In this document: piece after piece, positions 1 to 11,100 of the stretch
Layout of the letters: each line of letters starts with the position of its first letter
Position numbering within the stretch: the first letter of the stretch is position 1
Origin: Basidiobolus meristosporus CBS 931.73
Lineage: Eukaryota; Fungi; Basidiobolomycota
DNA length: 64,000 nt
Assembly (NCBI GenBank): GCA_002104905.1
Contig: MCFE01000011.1
Span: 1-64,000, forward strand
Direction: 5' to 3'
Made by a program: the position numbers and the translations under genes
Notes under the pieces: model-generated
The model's database searches: none
What the model was told of the DNA's origin: nothing
What the model saw: the letters and a program-made list of their open reading frames with translations, nothing else

Positions 1-714
1 ATCCTCGTCCTCATTCTCCAGCAGCGTTAGCTTGCCATAGAAATCGGAAAGCATCTCCCAAACCGCCGAGGCTTCTATTGTTGGTAACGCCTCGGCGTTT
101 GCCAATTGTTCGCTGATCGCCACTGCATTCGCTTCGGATTGGAGTGCTTTGTTTCGTGCCTCCATGCCTCGTTTGCCACTGCGCTTGATGGCATCCTGGT
201 TGTCCAATTCGGCTTGTTCGTTCGCTTGCTGCGAAATAACGCTGTAGGCTGCCTTATTCAGAGCAGCCGGTGTATTGATATCTAGTGCCTCCTCTAGTAG
301 GGATATTCTGTCCATCAATGCACAACGTTGAACATTAACACTCAAGACCGTTTCAAATACAGTTCGGCTAAAGGTCTGAGTCTCTGATTCTTGTAATTGC
401 TCTATGTACAATGTGGAAATATTCCTTGGGAATCCAATCAGCTTACCAAAGCCGATGCTTTTGAGTAAGGTTGATTTCCCAATACCATTACGCCCAACAA
501 GGCCGTAGTGAGTGCCCGCTTTCAACAGGAGCCGCGAGTCAACAAGCAAGTCGACAGAGTTTACTGCAAGATTTACACCAGGAAGGTCTACATCCTTGGA
601 TTGATTTTCGGTGGACTCTTTGTGGAAACGAGATGCTTGCGATATGGCTGACACAGAGCTCCAAAAATCATCCTTCTCTGCAGCAGCATTGCTGTGGGAT
701 TTCGTGGTGGTCAT
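1..714 (-). CDS. ABC-F family ATPase (GCN20/ARB1-like, soluble), 5' part; runs off the window start
   Basis: Uninterrupted minus-strand frame from ATG at 714 to position 1 (no stop, so absent from the ORF track): MTTTKSHS...LLLKAGTHYGLVGRNGIGKSTLLKSIGFGKLIGFPRNISTLYIEQL...KRSGKRGMEARNKAL. Walker A GRNGIGKS in ABC-F context; no TM segments in this part. Confidence 0.85.
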   Translation of the reverse strand, partial: MTTTKSHSNAAAEKDDFWSSVSAISQASRFHKESTENQSKDVDLPGVNLAVNSVDLLVDSRLLLKAGTHYGLVGRNGIGKSTLLKSIGFGKLIGFPRNISTLYIEQLQESETQTFSRTVFETVLSVNVQRCALMDRISLLEEALDINTPAALNKAAYSVISQQANEQAELDNQDAIKRSGKRGMEARNKALQSEANAVAISEQLANAEALPTIEASAVWEMLSDFYGKLTLLENEDED

Positions 715-2284
715 TTAGATATGTCCAAGCGATGAATTGGCCATCAACCGCGATCAATTTTTATGGCAATTAATGGATCGTTCCGCAGTAGAGGTTTGCA
801 GTGTGGTATAGAGTAGACTTATGATATCAACTACGCCAACAAATCCCGTTCAGATTAAACATCAAGTAGTATGCATTTGCACCATAAGCAATCTACACAG
901 AATATGGATCATCAATTTTGCCTACCCCTCGCTTGATTGAAGTCACGATGTGCGAGTACATGACCTGGCTACATCGCGATGTGACAAATGGGGCCAAACC
1001 ATTGGATGATTCCAGTTCGAGATATAATGTGTGCACCCATTGTATAACACCACATCACCCCATCATTTGTCGCTCTATCCGGCCGTGAATGTCTAGGTGG
1101 TATCTTCTCTCACGCCCACTCTCACAAATCGGCTTATAATCTCTATGTGTGCATGTAACTTGTGGAGCAGTTCTAACCAACATACATTCTACCCGATCCA
1201 GTTTGAGGAGCCTAGTGGAGAGTAACTGTTTTGGGCAATCGAATGCTGATAGGCACGCTATTTTGAGATTAGATTTACAATTCTAAGGCCTGCACTGCGG
1301 AAACAAGAGAATCACAGATGTGACAATGATGCTCCAACAATGATTAAGCCAAGTGAAATCAACGTACTTGGTGGGACCCAGTCAAGATTTTACTGAGATG
1401 CGGAAGCTCCATAGAATGACTCGACAATGCTGTCGGACTAGAGAAGCCATCTTGGTAACATCCGCCATCGCTTTGTCTCTGTTATTTTCCCAGGTGCCCA
1501 ATACCCTGCAAGATGCATTACGAGATCTGTTCAGTGAAGACTTACGTTGAGGGCTTTTTCATTTAGTGCAATCCACATTCCTTATTATATATATTTGCTT
1601 CCATAATAGTTACCGCTATTTCTGTTATCACCTGGTGTAATTTATGATGGGGTAAGTAGCTCACCAAATTATGCTGAACCTGTGAAATTGAGCATAATTA
1701 TCCAATATATAGATCATTTGTCCTATTCAATGATTTTTGGGCTTCACTGGCTCCTGGGCATTATTTATATCTAAGTCTTAGATTATATCAGTGCATAACG
1801 TGCTGCGACTATAAACCAAGATTTAGGGTCTTTACCTGCAACTATAGCCAATAAGTTGGAAACCGTAGGTCATCCATGAACCCCCCTTTGAGAGATTGTA
1901 TACTTGGAATTCATCTGAAAATCTGCTGGTATTCAGCTGGTTCTTTTCCTTCAAATTTTCAATTGTAAATCTTTGTGGAAGTAGTGTGTTGCATATTACC
2001 AAACCTATTATGGATATGATTTAGCCTAGCCTCTTGCTACGAAATATACTATCTATCTGCCAAATAGCTAGAACTTAAGATATTGAGAGTTGTAAGCTTA
2101 GAGGCATGTGCAATTCTGCCGGCAATCAGTTAGTTTTTTTCCTCATGGGCCATCTTTGGAGCATCTGATCTGTTTGTGTATTCAGGGCCAAGACACTTTG
2201 GGTAGCATCTCTTGTTGACTAGTGAATAAGAGTCATCAGCTGCTACGCACCACTTGATCTTATTTTGGCTTATCTTTACTGTAA

Positions 2285-2905
2285 AAGCTTTGGAGATATT
2301 GGAGGTGATTAAGATCACAAGTAGATTATGTGGTTTTCATTTAATGATTTTTATACTTTTATATCATGTGGGAGAAAAAATACATAAGCTATGCTTAGCA
2401 ACCCTGAGAACAAAAATGCATAAAAGGCCAGCCAAATACCATCATAATATCAGCTGAATTCAAAGTTTGTTAAAACTGACAACTCTCCATATAGGGGGTA
2501 CTAGCTGTTGAGCAGACAAGCAGATATGTAGTCCAAGAGGAGACTAAGCTAGTTAGCACTCATACCAAATTTGGATATCTGCTGCTACTACTTTCATCAG
2601 AAATTGCAACTGAAAATCAGCAGGAAAAACACTGACCAAATACAAGCAGAATGCTGGCTGATAATTAGATGAATTCCAAATTTGAGACTTTTTATCGGGA
2701 AGGGCTCCAAGAGCATGTGTTAAATGCTTGTTGCCATTTGGATTACATGGAGATTTTTAATGTCCTTGATACTTGATGCTTTGGTGAGATATTCTCAGTG
2801 AATGCCAAAAAGGAATTCAGCCAGAAATCTCTATGACTTATAGTCTATGCTCTAAGTGATTAAGCAGAGTGAATATTTGTATGTATTTAAAATATACAAC
2901 TGTTA
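2285..2905 (+). repeat. Degenerate copy of a dispersed repeat family (interrupted by about 300 bp at 2400-2695)
   Basis: 2290-2352 GGAGATATTGGAGGTGATTAAGATCACAAGTAGATTATGTGGTTTTCATTTAATGATTT and 2697-2905 GGGAAGGGCTCCAAGAGCATGTGT...GATGCTTTGGTGAGATATTC...AAGGAATT...CTAAGTGATTAAG align by eye to 45180-45530 (+) and 43500-43850 (-). Confidence 0.7.
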
Positions 2906-5900
2906 GTTGTCTTTTGTTGTGAGCTTATATTTAAAAATGCAAATTTTCCTCTTCCTTTCTATAAGTTGAGGCTTAGCACTGTCTAGGCAGTGCTAGATGC
3001 ACAAAAACAGCTACAATCCACTAGTTGAGTGTCAGAATTATCTACAACACATGCTTTTCCATGTGTTAGTTTGCTTATAATGAATTATTCAAAAGTTTGT
3101 AGCTTTTGCTACATGAGTACTACAACTCGACCTCAAGTTTAGTCTTCAATACGCTAGCTAAATCTTACAGCTACTGAAGTCCTGGAGGTTATCAATACTG
3201 TTAAGCTTGCTTAAATTGCACCATATTTTGTACACAGCTTCCTTGAAGAATTTAAATCATTAGCAGCACTAGATTAACTTCAATGTATAGTAAGTTACTG
3301 GAACTTTAAAAATTACCAAGTGCATGCCACACCAATATTTTAGCTCCGTAATCACTTCTTGCACCTGCTAAAATCCTCCAAAATTGGGATATGACATAGC
3401 CAGTGGAATTGCATAAGTTTAGAAAATTAGAGTTACCAAGAGTTACTATAGATGGTATAAAATGTAACTATAGTCAATCCTCTGCAAGCTATCAATTAGC
3501 AATATAGCAACTCGAATTTCCAAATGATAGCTGAAACACCTTCCAAGTTATCATGAAGTGTACCTCAAAAGCCCATGTTAACAATAGGTATGCCAATAGA
3601 AGAGATAGAGGTTATCAAAGCCATGGCCTAGCTCTATGCAGTTAACACAACTCTACTGAGTATGCCTCATATAGTAAACGCTAAATAGCACTGGAGCTTA
3701 ATACCTAGAGTTTTTATGTATTGAACCTAGAGTTAACAAGTTGCATCATCCAATTGTACGGTCTACTGAGGCGGTATTGAAAAGTGGCCACTGAAACAGA
3801 TTTGTAGCTCACTGAAGTGTTGGCATCTGCGCGGTATGGCTGCACAGACCTACTAAATACTTGCAATATCACAATAAAGACAGGAATTCTAGCGAAATTG
3901 CTTGTGTTTTGTGGTGGCCTTCAACACATGTTTGCTAGGGAAGAGCCTTAATTCTAAGATGCTGGAAAATAATTGTAGGAATGCAGCCATATTGTCAAAG
4001 GAGCCCATCAGCGACAAAATTTGGTTAAATTTATACTCATTATTGATATGTGCTAAAATAAAATAGCAGTCGATACGGCACACGCTTCATCATTTTCGGA
4101 TCAGCTAGCATATTGTAGATATCATATAGGAGCCGTTTGTCAAAAGAACACCTGATTGTTTGGAAATATGCCATAATCTGTCTTGATGACTTGTGTAAAA
4201 TCAGCCCACATGATAATCATAATCCAATTAATGATGGACTACTTGGAAAGGTCTGTGAATATAAAAATACCCAGCAGCTTCGATTACTACCCCGAGTAGG
4301 TCGAGAATAGCCCAAATCTCCTTAGCCGCGATCCTCGGGGTATTTTTGAATCAATTCGCCCAATTATTTCCGATTTCAGGATGGTACCAGCTCAGATTTA
4401 ACCATTACAGTTTCTATTGATTTCTGCGAAGTTAGGTATTTACCGCTACCTTTCTCGTTGACCCCAAATCCAGATCCGTTACCATCGCTACCATTCTGTA
4501 ATATTACCAACCTCATTACCACAGTTGATGTTGGCCACTGCTATTGCCTACATCGTATCTTCACCATAATTCCACTTCCGACATAACCTGCTAATTTCTA
4601 CTAGTTAATAAGTAAACCATCAAGTACCCTATATAGAAATCCCTCAATTTCCCCTCATATTTCTGCGTTTGTAAGATAAGATGCGTCTCAGCAATTCTAA
4701 TAAACCTAATAAATGGTACCAAAATGGTGATTTGGTTCTAATACTTGCTATCAAAAGATAGTCATGATGACAGCTGGATTCATTCAATTCTTAGCTTACT
4801 GTGCCGCGTCCTACCGCTGGAATAGCAAGCACCAAAAGGCCAAAAAATTTAGAATAGCAGGCTAATCGCCTGTAACAAATTGCTACACATCTTAAGTTAT
4901 CCGAATGTAACTTCAATCCGATAGTACTATGTAAAATTCATTTGGGATGATCAAACAGAACCAGTACTTCGATTTCGGGAGCATTATTAGTCATATCTAG
5001 TTTTGGATTATTCCAATACAAGTGCTATAAAATAGCTAGGAAGCCCCACCCCAGCATTCTTAATCTCGGACTAAATGGTATCCAAAGAGATATTTGTTTA
5101 TTTCTATATCCAACCATGGCATTAAGGTAAATATAGGGATTTTGGATGATGTTGAACCCTTCTGTATTTTCAGTGCTACAACAAAAATCATCCGAAGCAT
5201 ACACCAAGATTTCGTGGTGATGAGTAGATTGAATATGGTACCCGGTTGTGAAGGTACTATGACTCTCAACTGGAAAATCTGAGACGCTCTTACGAAGATA
5301 CAATGGGTTCTGTTGCGTGCTATTTAGTTGTAGGGCTCAGCACTATTCATCATGGCCAAACACAAGGTTAAAAGATACGAATAAATAAATTCTTCGAGTA
5401 CATATCAAAACATGAATGCCTTATCACAATATCTAGTGCCTTCCGGCTTTGGATCGGGAAGTGGATTCTAAAAGCTAGATATGCGAATACAGAGCAAACA
5501 TTTCAACAGTAGTCAACGTGTTTGTTGTATTTATATTAGGCTGGTGATCCCAATATTTCAATCCACATTTACCTACATCACCAAAAATAGTTTGCGGAGT
5601 AAAGACGATGCGTGCCAGAATATTGGATTTTACGTTTCTGAAGAACTGGTCAATGGACAGGTTCGATATTTAATGGCTAAATTAAAGATTTTATCACACT
5701 GCGTATATATAATCAGATGTCAAGCCATATATGCAGCTGGAAAGAACCATCCAAAGTTATGAATTTAAATTCTAAATATTATACCAAGTTTATCATCTTA
5801 TATATTAGTTATCGGGTATACTTGCAACACCTTAAGTCTACTTCTTAGTAATAACGAGATTGTATGGACCTATCCCACAGTAAAGACACGGATGAATTCA

Positions 5901-6679
5901 TTGGTATTTATTACCTATTTATCTCCGGAGATCATAGCTAAAGCTCACAAAAAGGGAATCTAAGACGGGGTAGATAGATTTAGTGGTCTAATTTGAACAT
6001 TAATCACTCCACTGGGGCATAGTTACATGATATAGGCCCTCATTCTCTGAGGTTTTCAGGGCTCTTTTTTATGCTTATCACGTACCGGAAAATATTTGAT
6101 ACAGTGAGAAATGCTCCGTCAGCTTCAAATATATCGGGATTCAACAGCTCAAGTAACTACCTGGAAATTTACCCCTGCACATCAAATATTCGAGAATAGG
6201 GTATAGCTTACGTCTGGCTCATGACCTCCAAACATTAATGGTATTAATCTCTCTGCGTGATGCAGATAGTAATAAAAGGTAAATTCCCAATAGAACGATC
6301 TAATTAAAAACTAGTGCTATGTTCCAACGCACGCGGCTATTAGAATACTACAATTATCGCCCCCTTCACTTCTAGTGAAACTTAACACAGATCTACAAGG
6401 AAATACAAGCTCCTGGGCTAACATAACTCTTACTATGTGCAACTTAATACATATATATATTCAATAATAAACTTAAGGGATCGTTTCTATTCACAAATAT
6501 ACTAATCAATTTGAGAAGTTACATACCTTTTCAAGTGTTAAACACCAGCAATAAGCATAATACTATGATTCTCTACTCTATGCACCTAACATTAGCCCTC
6601 AAATCGCAACCCAAATTATATACATCTGATAGAATAGGGAACTCTGATTCAACAATGAGTTTCAAATATATTATTTTTA

Positions 6680-8012
6680 ATCTGATAACTGTTTCCAAAA
6701 CCGCTCACAACTTCCCGAGATTTTGCCAATCTAGTATGTACTATTCGGTTACACTGTCTTCTTACGCTTTCCATCCCTATAGCGCTGTTGCCGATACACC
6801 GGCACCTCCTTTTGTGTCGCACAAAATTCCCTAAAGTTAGTATAGATACCCATATATTACTAAGGTATTGCTGATCGCAGATTTTATACCAGCTATTACT
6901 TCATAACTGAGACCTAATGGGTTGGGCCGACCATGATTAAGATTGCTCCAATTGATTTTCGTTTCATTTCGTCCTACCCACATAACAAAAGGATCTTAAA
7001 TAAAGATCAACTACTTTCACAGTACATGACAAATAAATGTAGAATCATTGATTTATTCTATAAATATACTGCACGTACCCACTATCAGATTGCACTTAAT
7101 TGAGTGTGAGTATTATAATATTAATTACATACAGAGCTTTGCACCGGCTAAGAGATGTCCAAAAGTAGACCGCATCTCCCCGTTATTTCTCCATCTTGTG
7201 AGATACCCTATATTTGGAAATTGTTTTGCAATAAGGGCGGCTAACTTTTGAATTTTACTTCGAGGCAACCTAGTAGAATGGAGACCCGTGTGTTAATAGC
7301 TTGCAGCTCCTGTTTTCGTAAAGATTTTTCATTTTAACATATGTTTTTAGAGTGTCAGGGAATGGTGCAGCACTGGCTCAAAATTACTTTGCCTGCGAAA
7401 GCGTGCGTAGTACAATGGTGGATATTTGCTTCCATCCCATTATCTGATTCCTTATGTGCTTCTCTTTACTGTTATTAGTAGTGGTTTAGTACGAAAGATT
7501 TGAGAAATTGAGCGAACCATGATTCAATTTGCCATCACCCGAATTGCTCCCCAACCTTGCTGCCCATTTTGGCAGGGAAGTGTGATATAACAGCTCATAC
7601 AGCTTTGGTACCTTGGCTAACTGCCAAATCAAGCCTATTTTTTCCGAGAGTATCTGTATCCATAATGAGCTTATTTCAGGGAATAACGATCTCTTTCAAT
7701 AAGTATGATGGATCAGAATCTGATAACAGCTCCAAGAAATTTGATGTACTTGCCAGTGACTGAGGATTAGCTCATCCAGAGATTATTGTGCACTGGGACA
7801 CAAGCCGGTATGTCCACTAATCAATTGAGGATTGTCACACCTACGTCGACTCGAGTATAGGCCTACAAGTCAAAATTTTTAATTGCACCATAAGCTTGAT
7901 ACTCCAAATAGGTAAGCATTTATCAGATGGTACTGTGTTGTTCAGGGCAGCATAGCTGATTGGATGGGAATGGGCCTTACGTGAAAAATTGTATGATTCA
8001 CATTTATCAGAT
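6680..8012. promoter_or_regulatory. Cluster of five ATCWGATAA iron-responsive GATA-factor boxes (SreA/Fep1/Urbs1 type) upstream of the NRPS
   Basis: ATCTGATAA at 6680-6688 (+) and 7718-7726 (+); ATCAGATAA at 7440-7448 (-); ATCTGATAA at 7920-7928 (-) and 8004-8012 (-). Near matches ATCTGATAG at about 6623 and about 7083. The NRPS ATG is at 8123. Confidence 0.75.
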
Positions 8013-8122
8013 GAGAGGCTGATCGCTTTTACAAACGTATTAATAACCACCCGAGCTCCTTTCCAACACAACCATCGGTCTAGTCGCCTAATTCTTTCAC
8101 GCAACTTTCATACCTTGGAGCA

Positions 8123-11100
8123 ATGGATCAAGAGTTTTCTATCACTTCCCTTTTTCCTTCCCTTAGTGGATGTAACAGACCATCGGCCGGACGACAAGTA
8201 AAATTCTTATCAGCCATTGCCCCTTCTGAAACCAGCGATGAAGTACTAAGCGAGCTTCTGGCCTCTTACGAGCACAACTCCGCTTACACATTTGTACATC
8301 TTGCATGGGGCTATTTACTCTCATGCTATCTTGGCGAGCCTAATGTTGCCTTTTGGAGTTTTCAGCCAAGCGAAGCTCCAGTACCCGCTCTTCTTCATCG
8401 ATTCAATTTTGACGAGCATACCAGTGTCCAACAACATGTACAAAAAGCTCAGGCAGGAGATGCCACTTTGTCTCCTGGGACACTGAACTTGGAGGAGGGT
8501 GTCAAGTCTGCCGATACGCTATTATGCGTTAAACAGAGCTCCGAAAGCCATTCCTGCACCGATGTATCCTCTTGGTCCACAGGCATGCCGAAGGTAAAGA
8601 ATGCTTCCTAAGTGTGCTCATGCCCATCCTTATACTAAAGCCTTTCTTTTTACATTACAGTTCTCTGTGATCATCGAAGTCGCATTCCTCGGTAAGTTGC
8701 CCACTTTCAAGGTTACCTGGAGAGAAGACATCTTCCCACAGTCCCACGGGGAAGTCCTCCTCAACCAACTCCAGACTATTTTACACGAGATGATCTCTGA
8801 TACCAACAGACTACCAAGAAACATAAGCTACCAGAAACACGATATCAGTGAATTATCCATAATTAATCCTCATCCAACGGTTTTGGATGAATCCTTACTT
8901 TTGCATGGGTTGTTCGAACAACAAGCGAAATTGAAGCCATCACACAATGCTCTTGAATTTTTGAACTCCGTCGACTACTTAGATACAGAGCTCGTGGAAT
9001 GGTCTTACGAAAACCTAAATAATAGAGCCAACCAAATGGCACGCTTACTTCTTTCACTTGGGTTGCAGCCAGACGACAGAGTCCCCATCATCCTGGATCA
9101 ATCACCATTTATGTACATTACCATATTAGCTATTCTCAAAGCTGGAGCCGCGTATGTTCCTCTGGCCACTAATTTGCCATTGGAGCGAGTAGAATTCGTA
9201 GTTCAAGACGTTTCCGCGAAAGTCATTGTGACTTCAGATTTCTATTTTGGCAAATTCAACTCGCTCCCTAGTTTCCAACATATCCATTTAATTAACCTAG
9301 ACTCCAAGGCTATCATCGACAAGATCTCCTGCAAACCCGTATCCGACCTCAACAGCACCGTGTGTGTTGGCAAACACCACTTGGCATATGTCATGTATAC
9401 CTCTGGCTCCACAGGAAAGCCGAAGGGTGTCATGATCGAACATGGGAGCGCTGTACAAAGTATACTTGCTCATCAAAAGCTGTTCCAATGGACCGACTCT
9501 TCCAAGTTCCTGCAATTTGCATCAGTGACCTTTGATGTTTCCGTTTTCGAAATCTTCTTTCCTTGGAGTATCGGTATTACTCTATGCGGTGCCTCCAGAG
9601 ATCTGATGCTGAGTAACTTGGAGGAAACCATCAACACGCTATTCATCACTCATATGGAGGCCACGCCAACCATGGCCGCTCTACTACACCGGGCCAAGTT
9701 GCCTACCGTCAATACCTTGATAACTATTGGTGAAATGCTTACCCAGCGTGTTGTAAACGAATGGTCTGACGGATTCCTGCACAACGCTTATGGTCCTACG
9801 GAAGCTGCCATCCATTGTACAATGGCTAGCAGTTTTGCTAGTAAGACCAAGCCTAGCAATATCGGCATTCCCCTCGATACCTGCTCCATTTATATCATGG
9901 GGACCGAGGATAACAGGCAGCCTCTTCCAGTCGGCTTTGTTGGAGAGTTGTACATTGGTGGAAAGCAGGTTGCCAGAGGTTACCTCAACAGAGATGATTT
10001 AACCGGCGCAGCGTTCTTTGAGGATCCGTATATTGCTGGCGGTAGAATCTACAAATCAGGGGATTTGGTTAGAATGCTTCCAGATCGTACATTCGAGTTC
10101 GTTGGCCGTGTCAATGATCAGCAGGTTAAGCTCCGCGGTCAAAGAATCGAGTTGGGCGAGATCGACTATGTCCTCGAGAACTCCCATGAAACGATTTCCG
10201 ATGTCGTCACTTTGGTCCTCAAGCATCCAAAAGCCCAAGAAAAACAGCTGATCTCGTTCATCGCTGCACCTCAAGGAGCTAACGGCGCTGATGGTGAAGT
10301 GCAGATCTATGAGTCGGATTCATTGGTTAAGAACTTGAGACTATCCTGCAGCAACGAAGCAATGCAAAAGCTGCCTCCTCATATGGTTCCTAAAATATTC
10401 ATCATCATGAACAGACTTCCTCGACTGAATTCTGGTAAAACTGATCGTAAGCAGTTACACAGTATCTTTGATGGCCTTGACTGGGATCTATTAGCCAACA
10501 GCAAGCAAAATGTTGAGGGTGATGGTAAGGAAGCTGAGCCTACGGATATCTGGTCGCCAATGCAGTTGATTGTACGCGATACCCTTCAAGAAATGTGCGA
10601 TTCAACAATATCTAGCGTTCAAGTATCCCTCTTCTCTCTCGGAATCGACTCCCTGGGCGCCATTATGTTCTGTTCTAGATTGAGGAAAAAGAATCTTCAC
10701 ATCACCGTATCGCAGCTTATGCAGAATCAGACCATTGAAAAGATCAGCCTGGTGCTGGAGAAAGATACGGTGCTTGTGAGCAGTGAGAAGGAGCGACTAG
10801 ATGCATTCCGAAATTTGGCCAGCTTATCTAGAGATCAAGTTCAAGGACAAGAGAAGTTCAAGCTGCCTCAGACCGGTTTGTTTATTGAGAGCGTTTATCC
10901 ATGCACACCCTTGCAAGAGGGTATGCTTGCCGAGACCCTGAAGTCCACGGATGGCAGTCGCTATTATAACTGGATTCTTTTGGAGATTGACAATTCAGTC
11001 AAAACTGAAACCTTGGAAGCAGCTTGGAAAAATCTGGTAGATAAAAATGAGATCCTACGTACTGGTTTTATCTCCGCTAGTGAGTGTGAGGAGACATTCT

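Noticed and set aside
402-446. Apparent GTAAGC..TAG intron in the ABC-F gene
   Set aside because: The 45 nt are in frame and encode the expected LIGFPRNISTLYIEQ segment, so they are most likely coding.
1-714. ABC protein as the siderophore exporter of an NRPS cluster
   Set aside because: It is an ABC-F type soluble ATPase with no TM segments seen, and it lies 7.4 kb away.
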